This document shows, in pieces, positions 20,586 through 30,008 of a stretch of DNA of 64,000 nucleotides (its first letter is position 1; every line of letters starts with the position of its first letter). The DNA comes from Phycisphaerae bacterium. GTDB lineage: Bacteria > Planctomycetota > Phycisphaerae > WQYP01. A program made the position numbers and the translations under genes. The stretch spans positions 14,370 through 78,369 of the forward strand of contig JBMFVY010000001.1 in NCBI GenBank assembly GCA_049965755.1, given 5' to 3'. Under the pieces are notes generated by a model that was not told the origin of the DNA, did no database searches, and saw only the letters and a program-made list of their open reading frames with translations.

Positions 20586-20753
20586 GGCTTGGAAACAACC
20601 GGCTGTATTCAAAATAGTTGATCGATACCGGTGTGCCGCCCGCCAGCTTGATCAGCGTATTGGCCTGCCCCCGGTGATATGTACCGTGGTACAGCGTATG
20701 AAGGATCAGTTCCAGCAGAGGAAGCGTAAAGACCTCGCCACCACGTCTGCTCT
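20586..20753 (-). pseudogene. Remnant of a DinB/YfiT-like (DinB_2 family) gene: C-terminal ~55 codons only, no start codon
   Basis: Minus-strand frame between an in-frame stop (~20754) and the stop at ~20586 encodes KEDLRESRRGGEVFTLPLLELILHTLYHGTYHRGQANTLIKLAGGTPVSINYFEYSRLFPSP. The H-x-x-YHRGQ C-terminal signature is that of DinB_2 metal-dependent hydrolases. The upstream part is occupied by the FGGY kinase gene in another frame. Confidence 0.35.
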
Positions 20754-20769
20754 CCCGCAAATCCTCTTT

Positions 20770-22131
20770 TCACTTCCGCAATGCCAGTTCCGCCAGTGTC
20801 GCCAATCCCGGCATCGCCTCACCCGCCAGCGGCGTGAATTTCCATCGCTTCGGTTCCGGCCAATGGCGATGCAGATGCTCCGCCAACACCTGTTCGCCTC
20901 CCATCGTGTAAACCTCGGCTTCAATCTTATGCACCGCCTGCAGCGATTGCAGCCGCTGCCGACTCTCATTCGTCAGCGTTTGAACCACCGCCGCAAGCAT
21001 ATCCTCCCGCGTGGTGGCCAATGTCAGGCCTTCAAATGCACCGCTGCGCTCCTCCAATGACGTGCGATCACCTGCCAGCAGTGCCTCAAACCGCACGGCT
21101 GCCGATTCCCTTTCTGCCCCCTTGGATTCCTTCGTCTGCGGAGTGTCCAGCCCGTCAATCACTTTCTCAAGCAGCTTCCAGAACTGCTTGTGTGAAATAT
21201 CCTTGAAAAATTCATCGCGCATCCATTTAATGCTCGATCCGCCTGCCGCCATCGTGCTGACCGCCAACCAGCGCGGTTTGACATGCCGACCCGCACCCAG
21301 AGGCCTCCACAGCAGATGATCCGCCGGTTTGCACGCATCCACCACCAGCGCCAAAACATCGCTGGAGCCGGAACTGTGCACCAACCGACCCGGACGGCAG
21401 TCGGTCGCCATCACGGCGGCACTGGTATCCACAATCCCCGGCAGGACGGGAGTTCCCTCCGGCAGCCCCAGGCGCTCCGCCACCCTCTCCTTCACCGTTC
21501 CTGCGATCTCATCCGCCCAGAGCAGCGTTGGTAACTGCCCCGGCTCCAGGCCGAGAAATTTCAGCAACTCCGGCACCCATCCCTTCAACTCAGGTGTGTC
21601 ATAAAGCCCCGTGAATGCCGCCTGCGACGGATCGATGCTCCATTTCCCCGTCAGATGATGAACCAGCAGCGTGGTGGGCTGAACGACCATTGGCTTTTGT
21701 TTCCAGATGTCGGGCTGATTCTCTTTCAGCCACAGCAGGCTTGTCGATCCGATGCCACCCGGAATCGGGCGGTTGCCCGTCAGCCGTTGATGCTCCGTCT
21801 TGCCGAATTCCTTTTCAATTGCCGCCGCCTGCGCAAAACTCCGACGATCCTGATGCGTGATGAGATTGGCCAGCGGTTTTCCATGTCGGTCCGCCAAGCC
21901 GATGCCGGGACACAGCGTGTCAATCGCGATGGCATCAACATGCTTGTGGTGTTTCATCACCTCCCGAATCGTCTTTTCAAACGCCTTGATCAAACTCCCG
22001 GCGTCGATTTCCACCCGCCGCCCTTCGGAAACCGACGGCGTATCCACCTGATGAATCGTCTTCACCTTCCCGTTTTTGCACCACGCCGCCTTGATCGACG
22101 ACGACCCGACATCAATACACAACACACGCAT
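20770..22131 (-). CDS. FGGY-family carbohydrate kinase (xylulokinase/glycerol kinase-like)
   Basis: N-terminal actin-fold ATPase motif MRVLCIDVGSSSIKAAW, HQDRRS, GTVK...GLPEGTPVLPGIVDTSAAV and C-terminal MGGE block typical of FGGY kinases. Confidence 0.8.
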   Translation of the reverse strand: MRVLCIDVGSSSIKAAWCKNGKVKTIHQVDTPSVSEGRRVEIDAGSLIKAFEKTIREVMKHHKHVDAIAIDTLCPGIGLADRHGKPLANLITHQDRRSFAQAAAIEKEFGKTEHQRLTGNRPIPGGIGSTSLLWLKENQPDIWKQKPMVVQPTTLLVHHLTGKWSIDPSQAAFTGLYDTPELKGWVPELLKFLGLEPGQLPTLLWADEIAGTVKERVAERLGLPEGTPVLPGIVDTSAAVMATDCRPGRLVHSSGSSDVLALVVDACKPADHLLWRPLGAGRHVKPRWLAVSTMAAGGSSIKWMRDEFFKDISHKQFWKLLEKVIDGLDTPQTKESKGAERESAAVRFEALLAGDRTSLEERSGAFEGLTLATTREDMLAAVVQTLTNESRQRLQSLQAVHKIEAEVYTMGGEQVLAEHLHRHWPEPKRWKFTPLAGEAMPGLATLAELALRK

Positions 22132-22154
22132 GGTATGACCTCCTGATGACTATA

Positions 22155-23171
22155 TTATGCCTTTTGATCGGTTACGCTCCGTACAGCTCCCGGCGATGAT
22201 TCCGATTCTTGGCTTCCGAAATCCTCCCCCAGCCGCCGGATAATCTCGGCCGCAAAAGATTCCACCGGCGCCTCCGGCGTGGGGCGGATGGTCAGCGTTG
22301 GCGTATAGCGGCGCAGCCACGTCCGCTGCAGTTTCGCCAGATGCCGGGTATTAATTTTGATCTGCTCCGCAGCATCGTCCAGTGAACATCGCCCTTGAAG
22401 ATGTTCGATGATCTCCTTGTATCCCACCGCCTGCGCCGCCTGCATCGAAAGTCCGCCCGGCCGGGCCATCAGTTCCCGAACCTCATCCACCAGCCCGCCC
22501 CGGATCATCTGCATCACCCGGCGATTGATACGCTGCGACAGTTCCTCCCGCGGCCAATCCACCAGAATCAGTGGAAAATCAATTTGCGGCCGGTTCGCAA
22601 GCCATTGCTGCTGCAGCGTACTGATCGGCTCGCCGGTCATCTGATAAACCTCCAGCGCACGAATCAGGCGGCGACGGTCATTGGGATGAATGCGGCTCGC
22701 TGAAACCGGGTCCACCTCCGTCAACCGCTGATGCAGCACCGCCGAGCCCTGCAGATCGGCAATCCGTGAAAGTTCCTCCCGTACGTGCGCCACCGCAGGC
22801 GGTCCGGAAAATAGCCCTTCCGTCACGGCCTTGAAGTACAGGATCGTCCCGACCGCCAAAATGATGGGGCGGTTGTTGAGCCGATGTTCCTCAATAATCT
22901 TCAGGGCGGCCTCTCGAAAACGGGCCGCGGAATAACTTTCGGAGGGTTCTACCAGATCGATCATGGCGTGTGGGATGTGTGCCTGTATTTCACGCGACGG
23001 CTTCGACGTGCCGATATCCATCCCGCGATAAACCTGCATGGAATCGACCGCCATGACGGTCGGCGCAGCGCCCCCTCGGCGGTGGATTTCACCTGCAATC
23101 GCTTCGGCGAGCGCAGATTTTCCCGATGCAGTGCACCCCAATATCGCAATCATCCCGGCCATCGGTAACAT
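22155..23171 (-). CDS. miaA: tRNA dimethylallyltransferase
   Basis: P-loop IAILGCTASGKSALA, then DSMQVYRGMDIGTSKPS, PHAMIDLVEPSESYSAARF, TILYFKA, RRLIRALEV. Canonical MiaA; start may be one of three close ATGs. Confidence 0.9.
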   Translation of the reverse strand: MLPMAGMIAILGCTASGKSALAEAIAGEIHRRGGAAPTVMAVDSMQVYRGMDIGTSKPSREIQAHIPHAMIDLVEPSESYSAARFREAALKIIEEHRLNNRPIILAVGTILYFKAVTEGLFSGPPAVAHVREELSRIADLQGSAVLHQRLTEVDPVSASRIHPNDRRRLIRALEVYQMTGEPISTLQQQWLANRPQIDFPLILVDWPREELSQRINRRVMQMIRGGLVDEVRELMARPGGLSMQAAQAVGYKEIIEHLQGRCSLDDAAEQIKINTRHLAKLQRTWLRRYTPTLTIRPTPEAPVESFAAEIIRRLGEDFGSQESESSPGAVRSVTDQKA

Positions 23172-23187
23172 GATAGCGGGAAACTCC

Positions 23188-23246
23188 GAGATTTGAGATT
23201 TGAGATTTGAAATCTGGAATCTGAAATTTTAGATTTGAGATTCTGA
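23188..23246. repeat. Degenerate tandem heptad repeat (GAGATTT x ~8) in the miaA upstream region
   Basis: Sequence gagattt gagattt gagattt gaaatct ggaatct gaaattt tagattt gagattc. It lies between the miaA start (23171) and the RNase H stop (23267), on a GC-rich background. Confidence 0.6.
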
Positions 23247-23266
23247 CGATCCCGCAGATCGCCCAA

Positions 23267-23737
23267 TCACGCCTTCGCGCTGCCCACCGAATTCATATTT
23301 TCAATCTTCCGCCGCCTGTCCATCGCCAGGTTCGCAAGCTCATCCGCACGCGAATTCGATTCCCGATACACATGCGTGATCGACCAGTCCGATATAAACG
23401 ACAATTCCCGCATCACCTGCGCATAAAGGGGCTTAAGGTCCGGGCTTTTCACACGGTATTGGCCGTTGGCCTGCCGCACCACCAGCTCACTGTCGGCACG
23501 AATCCGCAGTTTCTTCACTCCCAGCCGACGCGCCGCCTGCACCCCGCGAAGGAATGCGGTGTATTCCGCAACATTATTCGTGGCGTGATCCAGCACATCC
23601 CCCAATTCATAAACCAGCCGTCCGTCCGGTGTGCTGATCGTCACGCCGATACCCGCCAAGCCGGGGTTGCCGCGCGAACCGCCGTCAAACTGCATATGCA
23701 ACTCTTCAAAATTTCCGTTTGGAATATCCGTTTGCAT
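23267..23737 (-). CDS. rnhA: Ribonuclease HI (RNase H type 1)
   Basis: From internal ATG: MQTDIPNGNFEELHMQFDGGSRGNPGLAGIGV...NNVAEYTAFLRGVQAA...VRQANGQYRVKSPDLKPLYAQVMRELSF...HVYRESNSRADELAN. The D-E-D-D catalytic residues are in the RNase H-like arrangement. The longer ORF in the track overlaps the upstream gene and is probably not translated. Confidence 0.8.
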   Translation of the reverse strand: MQTDIPNGNFEELHMQFDGGSRGNPGLAGIGVTISTPDGRLVYELGDVLDHATNNVAEYTAFLRGVQAARRLGVKKLRIRADSELVVRQANGQYRVKSPDLKPLYAQVMRELSFISDWSITHVYRESNSRADELANLAMDRRRKIENMNSVGSAKA

Positions 23738-23835
23738 GGAAATGGCTCTCACCTGCAGGCCAAGGATTACTATGATTGCCGGCCGCACTCGCCCAGCCGT
23801 TTGGGCTCTCAACATGCCGCCGCCTGTCCGGTCGG

Positions 23836-24603
23836 TCAGTTTGCGGTGCTTTTTTCGCCGGCGCCGGTCGCCTGAGCAAAATACAGAATTCGGCCGCAGG
23901 AGCGACATCGGCGAATTTCATCGCGTCCACGGATCAAATTGATATCTTCCCGGTTCAGTCCCATGAAACATCCGCCGCAGGCGATATTTTCCAAGTCGCC
24001 TTCCTCATATTCCACCGGAGCCATGGCCTCGCCGGGGAGGCGCTGGGCGATGCGCTCATACTGCTTGAGCGCTTCGGCGGGGACTTTCTCCGCCGCCTCC
24101 ACCCTCAAATTCTGCAGTTCTGCAATCCGCTGGTTGAATTCGTTCACCTTCTCGGCACTCGATTCCCGCAACTTTTCCAGCATTTCAGTCGCTGAGGCAC
24201 GCTTGGCCGTAAGGGCGGTTATCGCCCCCTTCATTTCCTCCTCCTTGGTCATCAGGCCTTCCGTTTTGGTTTCCATCTCCGCCACCAATGCCTTTTCCGC
24301 CGAAATCTGAACCAGAATGGCGGAATACTCTTTATTGGTTTTGGTTTCATTCAGGGCGGTGCGCATCTTTTCAATGTGCTCCACCTTGACGCTGGTTTCC
24401 AATTCCTCGGCGGCAATTTTGGCCTGCACTTCCCGCAGGTCATGTTCCATCTGGGCCAACTCGCCATCGAGTTTGGCAAGATTGACCTCGGCCGAACGCT
24501 GGTCGCGGGTTACATTTTCAAGCCCTTCGCGCGCCTCACGCAGCGCACGATCCGTATGGTGCAGATTCAGAAGGGCGGGAATGGTTACAAACTCTGGCAT
24601 CAT
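23836..24603 (-). CDS. Coiled-coil protein with C-terminal C4 zinc ribbon (COG1579/DUF164-type, commonly adjacent to rnhA)
   Basis: Long heptad-rich helical region, then the zinc-ribbon ending CGGCFMGLNREDINLIRGRDEIRRCRSCGRILY with two CxxC pairs. Gene order zinc-ribbon then RNase H matches the conserved COG1579-RNase H neighbourhood. Confidence 0.7.
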   Translation of the reverse strand: MMPEFVTIPALLNLHHTDRALREAREGLENVTRDQRSAEVNLAKLDGELAQMEHDLREVQAKIAAEELETSVKVEHIEKMRTALNETKTNKEYSAILVQISAEKALVAEMETKTEGLMTKEEEMKGAITALTAKRASATEMLEKLRESSAEKVNEFNQRIAELQNLRVEAAEKVPAEALKQYERIAQRLPGEAMAPVEYEEGDLENIACGGCFMGLNREDINLIRGRDEIRRCRSCGRILYFAQATGAGEKSTAN

Positions 24604-25024
24604 TCACCTCTCAACGAATTCCCGAGTGTATCCGTATCCGGCCGTTCTGCCAATTCAAATCCCCTAAAGCCCGCTCGCCGGGTGTGGCCATTTTTCCGGG
24701 CATCGCTGGGGGCGCGGGTGTCCTCACCCGCTTTTGTTCAGGAAACGGTCTTGCCATGGCCACAATGGGGCGATATGGTGCAGATCTTTTAAGGCCGCCC
24801 GGGAAATTGCCACTCACCCCGTTCGCCGGAAAATTCGATGCGGAATCTCGATGCACGGTCCACGGGTCGATCTGCCGCTTTTCCGAACGTTCAAACGGCG
24901 GTCAGATCTGGCGGTAGCAGCCCGGCATCCGCTGATGGCAGAAAAATTTTCAAAAAATTTGCTTCCAAACTATACGAATTGAAGTCCGGTGTGTATTATC
25001 TCATCGTTCGGATTCGGCAGGAGA

Positions 25025-26161
25025 ATGAAAATGAATCAGACAGCGGTCAATCAGGCAATCGACGGGCTTCGGGATGTGGTGGCCCTGAACTCAGATATCT
25101 GCTCCATAGAGAACGGGGTTCTCTGCTATCGCGGGTACAACATTGACGATTTGGCGGAGAATTCCAATTTTGAGGAAGTGGTTTACCTTCTTTGGAACGC
25201 CCGACTTCCCAAACGCGATGAACTCGAATCACTCCGGCTCTCCATTGCCGAACAGGCCCAGTTGCCGGAAGGCTTGCTCGCCATGATGAAGTCCTTTCCG
25301 CGTCGCACGACGCCGATGGAAGCGATCCGAACAGCCGCCAGTGCCATGGCCATGTTTGATGCGGAATCGGAAGATATGTCGCCGGCGGCCAATGGTCGCA
25401 AGGCGGTCCGGATTCTGGGCCAGATGGCCAGCGTCGTGGCGGCGTGGGACCGGATACGCAACGATCGTGCTCCACTGGCACCCCGTCGCGATTTGACGCT
25501 TGCGGGCAATTTCCTCTACATGCTCACAGGCCTGCAGCCCGAACCGCTTGCCGCCCGCGCTCTGGATAAGGCGTACATTCTTCATGCCGACCATGAACTC
25601 AACGCCAGCACCTTCGCAGCCCGCGTGGCCGCCGGAACCCTTACCGATATGCACTCCGCCGTCACGGCCGCCATCTGTGCACTCAAGGGCCCGCTGCACG
25701 GAGGCGCCAATGAGCAGGTGATGCGGATGCTTAACGAAATCGGCGGCGAAAAGCAGGTGGAACCATACATCCGCCGCAAACTGGATAATCATGAGAAAAT
25801 CATGGGCTTCGGACACGCAGTATACAAAAACGGCGATCCCCGCGCCCGCCATCTCAAGGAAATGTCGCGCCAGCTTGGCAAGCTCACCGGACAGGAACAG
25901 TGGTACCGCATGTCGACCAGCATCGAAGACATGGTCATCAAGGCGAAAAACCTCAAACCAAATGTGGACTTCTACAGTGCTTCGGTCTACCACTATCTGC
26001 ATATCCCGTCCGATCTCTTCACTCCCATCTTTGCCATCAGTCGCTCCAGCGGTTGGATCGCCCACATTTTGGAGCAATACAGCCGCAACAAGCTGATACG
26101 GCCGCGGGCCAATTACATCGGCGAGCGCAACCAGAAGTGGATTCCGGTGGATCGTCGCTGA
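25025..26161 (+). CDS. gltA: Citrate synthase (short/type I form, also compatible with 2-methylcitrate synthase)
   Basis: GGAGAA RBS before ATG at 25025. Motifs LCYRGYNIDDLAE, YILHADHELNASTFAARVAA (catalytic His), ICALKGPLHGGANE, MGFGHAVYKNGDPRA (catalytic His), DFYSASVYH. Confidence 0.9.
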   Translation: MKMNQTAVNQAIDGLRDVVALNSDICSIENGVLCYRGYNIDDLAENSNFEEVVYLLWNARLPKRDELESLRLSIAEQAQLPEGLLAMMKSFPRRTTPMEAIRTAASAMAMFDAESEDMSPAANGRKAVRILGQMASVVAAWDRIRNDRAPLAPRRDLTLAGNFLYMLTGLQPEPLAARALDKAYILHADHELNASTFAARVAAGTLTDMHSAVTAAICALKGPLHGGANEQVMRMLNEIGGEKQVEPYIRRKLDNHEKIMGFGHAVYKNGDPRARHLKEMSRQLGKLTGQEQWYRMSTSIEDMVIKAKNLKPNVDFYSASVYHYLHIPSDLFTPIFAISRSSGWIAHILEQYSRNKLIRPRANYIGERNQKWIPVDRR

Positions 26162-26239
26162 TGGGTGGGGCGGCGAATCGCTTTGCAGGCGTGTGCGGGC
26201 AACGTTATTGAATAAGGAATTCCAAACGGGCTGCAAATC

Positions 26240-26929
26240 ATGAATATTGTCGTGGTCGGGCCGCATCCGGATGATCAGGAAATAGCCATGGGCGGAACCA
26301 TCGCTCTGCTGGTATCTCAGGGGCATTCCGTGACCTTGATCGACATGACCACCGGCGAGCCGACACCTTTCGGTTCCCCCGAAGTGCGCAGCCGCGAGGC
26401 GGCGGCCGCCGCCCAAATCCTCGGCGTCACCCGGGTTCCCCTTGGGCTGGTCAACCGGGAGGTGATCTACGGCCTTGCAGCCCGCCACAAGCTGGCGGCT
26501 CAGTACCGCGGGCTTCGACCCGATATCCTCTTTATTCCCTACCCGCAGGATGCCCATCCCGACCATCGCCAGGTGACGCAGATTGCGGAAGATGCCCGCT
26601 TTGACGCCAAACTCACCAAAAGCACCATCCCCGGCGAGCCGTATCATCCACCCCGCGTGATTTATTATTTCTGCAGCCATCTGCGGTTTAATTTTCCGGC
26701 GAGTTTCTCGGTGGACATTTCCGCACAGATGGATATAAAAGTTTCAGCCATAAAATGCTACAAGTCTCAGTTCGAGACCGGCCGCGGCCAGGCGGAGCAG
26801 TGGCGGATATTGGATCAGATCCGCAGCGTGAACAGTTATTTCGGCTCAACCATCAAGCGGTCATTCGCCGAACCTTTTTACGTACTCGAGTCACTGGGGC
26901 TCAGCGGGTTTCATGATCTTATTCTTTAA
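26240..26929 (+). CDS. PIG-L/LmbE-family N-acetylglucosaminyl deacetylase
   Basis: N-terminal signature MNIVVVGPHPDDQEIAMGGTIA (HPDD motif), later HPDHRQV. Confidence 0.75.
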   Translation: MNIVVVGPHPDDQEIAMGGTIALLVSQGHSVTLIDMTTGEPTPFGSPEVRSREAAAAAQILGVTRVPLGLVNREVIYGLAARHKLAAQYRGLRPDILFIPYPQDAHPDHRQVTQIAEDARFDAKLTKSTIPGEPYHPPRVIYYFCSHLRFNFPASFSVDISAQMDIKVSAIKCYKSQFETGRGQAEQWRILDQIRSVNSYFGSTIKRSFAEPFYVLESLGLSGFHDLIL

Positions 26930-26953
26930 GTCTCTTTAACAGCGGAGCGCAAC

Positions 26954-28102
26954 ATGCCGGATCAAACGACCGAGGAATCCAAACAACTGGAAGTCAGCGG
27001 GGGGGATGTAAGCGTCAAAAGTGCCGTTCCACGGATCAACCGTTTCTTTGAGGCGGTTACCAAGGTGGAAGGAAGCGATCTGCACATTAAGGCCGATGCC
27101 ATTCCGCGTATCCGCAAGGGGGGGCGACTGATGCAGACCAATTCCCCGGCGATGAAAAATGCGGAAATCGAATCCATGGTTAAGGAAATGCTCAACGACG
27201 AGCAGTGGCATGATTTCAGTCACCGCGGGTCGCTGGATATCGCCTACGCCATCACGCCCGTCGACCGTTTTCGGGTCAACATCTTCCGTCAGCGGGGAAT
27301 GGTGAGTCTGGCGGCACGCCGCATCAACCCCAAAATTCCGAATTTCAGCCAGCTTAATCTTCCCCCCATTTTCGAAAAAATCGCCGAACATGAGCAGGGG
27401 CTGGTCATGCTTGCCGGTATCACCGGCAGCGGCAAGAGCACCACCATTGCGGCGATGCTTGAGCAGGTCAATCAACGTCGATCTTGCCATATCGTTACGA
27501 TCGAAGACCCCATCGAATATCTGTATGTCGATAAAAAGGCGTACATCAACCAGCGTGAAGTAGGGCTGGATGTCGAGAGTTTCAGCGATGCCATCCGCTA
27601 TCTCATGCGCGAAGACCCGGATGTGATTCTCATCGGTGAGATGCGCGATAAAAACACCTTTCAGGCGGCGGTGCAGGCCGCTGAAACCGGCCACATGGTG
27701 TTTTCCACCATTCACGCCAGTTCCGCGCCCGGCGCCATCACCCGTCTGCTGGAACTTTTCCCGCCGGATATGCACACCAACATCCGCCAGGCCATCGCAA
27801 CGAATATGAAGGCAATTATTTTCCAGAAACTGGTCCCGTCGATCAAATCGGGCCTCGATCGCGTACCCGTTGTGGAAGTGATGCTCACCTCACCGTCGGT
27901 GCGTAAGTACATACTTGAAGGGCGCGAAAATGAACTCGGCCAGGTCATCCGTGGCGAGCGGCATGCCGGTATGATTGACTTCAACGACATGCTGGCGGAA
28001 CTGGTGCAGAGCGAATTTATTGCTTCCAAGGAGGCGTATCTCGCATCCCCCAATCCGGACGAACTGCGCATGCGGATGAAAGGTATCAAGACCTCAACCT
28101 GA
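26954..28102 (+). CDS. pilT: Type IV pilus retraction ATPase PilT/PilU family
   Basis: SDLHIKA, Walker A LVMLAGITGSGKSTT, Walker B DPDVILIGEMRD, His-box HMVFSTIHASSAPGAITRL and the PilT-specific block. 382 aa. Confidence 0.9.
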   Translation: MPDQTTEESKQLEVSGGDVSVKSAVPRINRFFEAVTKVEGSDLHIKADAIPRIRKGGRLMQTNSPAMKNAEIESMVKEMLNDEQWHDFSHRGSLDIAYAITPVDRFRVNIFRQRGMVSLAARRINPKIPNFSQLNLPPIFEKIAEHEQGLVMLAGITGSGKSTTIAAMLEQVNQRRSCHIVTIEDPIEYLYVDKKAYINQREVGLDVESFSDAIRYLMREDPDVILIGEMRDKNTFQAAVQAAETGHMVFSTIHASSAPGAITRLLELFPPDMHTNIRQAIATNMKAIIFQKLVPSIKSGLDRVPVVEVMLTSPSVRKYILEGRENELGQVIRGERHAGMIDFNDMLAELVQSEFIASKEAYLASPNPDELRMRMKGIKTST

Positions 28103-28261
28103 CCCCCGGCGCAGCGGACGCTTTCAGGTCGATGCGATTGGAGTCGTCGGGCCTGCAGGAGGTTGACGGTGCTGTTGCTGGCAAGATTTTCAATCTATGG
28201 TACCTTTACCCAAGTCGGTGGTCGGGTTGATCCCGAGTGAATTTCTTTCCGGCTTATTTAC

Positions 28262-29995
28262 GTGGCGGTGGTGATGCACGGCTTTGTTTATGTCAATCCG
28301 GTTTTTCTGATCGTTTTCTTCCTGATCATCCTGGGTTGGGCAAAATTTGCCACATGGATCAGCACCGATCTCGATCAGCTCAATGATCAGAACGAAACCG
28401 TCTGGCGATCTGTACTTCTCGGGTCGTTTGGCCTCAACCTCCTGCTCTGGATCATCATCCCCAACTTTGCAGGAGCCTTGATTACCAATCTGATCGTGAT
28501 CGGCGGCATCTTCGGCTATTACATCAAGATACGTGTCGCACAACTCGGCCCGCCCCCCAATCCCCTCGATATGCTCACCGGCAAACTCGGTTCCACGGCC
28601 GAACAGCGGCAGGCCAAGAAATCGGCCGGGCAGTTGGCCCTCTCTTACCTCAATGCCGCCGGGCGCGGCGCCCCGCTTCCCAAAGTGGATGATCCCGCTT
28701 ATAACGGCGTGGTGTTGCTGGACAACCTCATATTCAGTGCCTTGGAGGCCCGCGCCCAGCGTATTGATCTGATACCGTCCGAGCAGGCCTACGATGTCAC
28801 CTACACCACCGATGGCGTTGGATATCCGCAATCCGGCATGCAGCGCAGCGCCGCAGAACCGATCATCCAATCCGTCAAACTGATATCCGGGCTCTCATTG
28901 GACGAGAGGCGACGCCCTCAGAAATCATCCCTCACGGTGGTCGACGCAGCGCACCATCGGACGCCTCTGGTCATTCGTACCAGCGGAACCACCGCCGGCG
29001 AACGCCTTACTCTCGTCATGAGCAGTTCCGACAGTTACAAGATGCCGCTGGATAACATCGGCCTCTCGTCGGAGCAACTCGCCGCCGTGCGCACCATCGT
29101 CAGCGATAATTCCGGTCTGGTCATTGTGGCATCGCCGCCTCATATGGGCCGCACCACCACGCTCTATTCCCTGATTGGTGCACACGATGCGTACACCCGC
29201 AGCATTCAGACGATTGAGGCCAATCCCCGGGCGGAATTTGAATCCATCACCGTCAACCCATTCGATCCGCAGGCGATCAACGCCAGTCACAGCAAGTTGC
29301 TTCAAAGCATCTGTCTGAAAGATCCCGACATTATCCTGGTCGGGCAGTGTCCCGATGCCGCGACCGCGGAAGTCATCTGTCGCTATGCCTCCAACGATCA
29401 TCGGGTTTATCTGGGCCTGCGGGCCGGTTCCGATGCCCCGACCATCATCGATTTATGGCGAAAGCTCCTCCCGGACAAGGAACTCGCCGCCCGTCCATTG
29501 CGCGCGGTGGTCTGTCAGCGTCTCATCCGTCTCCTGTGTCCGACCTGCAAAATCCCCTATCAGCCCGACGCCGAGACACTGGCCAAATTAAATCTTCCCG
29601 TCGGCCGACAGATGCAGGTTTTCAAGGCTAACACCCAACCGGCACGTGATCCCAAGGGTAATCCGGTCAAATGCCCCGATTGCGCCAGCCTCGGATATCG
29701 CGGCGTGACAGGCTTGTTTGAAGTACTGGTGGTGACGCCGGAAATTCGGGATATGATCGCGCATGGTCGGCCGGTTGAGGAAATACGCAACGCCGCCCGG
29801 AAAAACGGCATGATGATGCTCGTGGAACAGGGCATACGCAAGTTTGCGCTGGGCATTACCTCCATCCAGGAGGTGACCCGGGCACTCAGCGCAGAGCGTG
29901 CCAAGAAAACGCGCGAGGAAAAAATTACCTCCGCCAGCGGCAGCAGCACCACCGGTGCGGGATACGCCTCTCCCGGCGAGAGTCGATCGGAATAG
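28262..29995 (+). CDS. Membrane-anchored GspE/PilB-fold protein with degenerate Walker A (predicted pseudo-ATPase)
   Basis: Three N-terminal hydrophobic helices, then GspE-like N2 block (RIDLIPSEQAYDVTYTTDGV...LDERRRPQKSSL...RTSGTTAGERLTLVM). The P-loop position reads VIVASPPHMGRTTTLYS instead of G-x-x-G-x-GK-T/S (no Lys). Walker B-like DPDIILVGQCPD; tetra-Cys zinc motif CPTCK...CPDCASLGYRG; disordered S/T/G-rich tail. Confidence 0.7.
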   Translation: MAVVMHGFVYVNPVFLIVFFLIILGWAKFATWISTDLDQLNDQNETVWRSVLLGSFGLNLLLWIIIPNFAGALITNLIVIGGIFGYYIKIRVAQLGPPPNPLDMLTGKLGSTAEQRQAKKSAGQLALSYLNAAGRGAPLPKVDDPAYNGVVLLDNLIFSALEARAQRIDLIPSEQAYDVTYTTDGVGYPQSGMQRSAAEPIIQSVKLISGLSLDERRRPQKSSLTVVDAAHHRTPLVIRTSGTTAGERLTLVMSSSDSYKMPLDNIGLSSEQLAAVRTIVSDNSGLVIVASPPHMGRTTTLYSLIGAHDAYTRSIQTIEANPRAEFESITVNPFDPQAINASHSKLLQSICLKDPDIILVGQCPDAATAEVICRYASNDHRVYLGLRAGSDAPTIIDLWRKLLPDKELAARPLRAVVCQRLIRLLCPTCKIPYQPDAETLAKLNLPVGRQMQVFKANTQPARDPKGNPVKCPDCASLGYRGVTGLFEVLVVTPEIRDMIAHGRPVEEIRNAARKNGMMMLVEQGIRKFALGITSIQEVTRALSAERAKKTREEKITSASGSSTTGAGYASPGESRSE

Positions 29996-30008
29996 CGAGC
30001 GATAATTC

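Noticed and set aside
23188-23246. Considered as a mini CRISPR array or REP/MITE
   Set aside because: The 7-bp unit with no spacers is far too short for CRISPR. There are no flanking inverted repeats or target-site duplications for a MITE.
25229-26680. 483-aa minus-strand ORF spanning the citrate synthase and PIG-L deacetylase genes
   Set aside because: Overlaps two well-supported plus-strand genes. No recognisable domains. GC-frame artefact.
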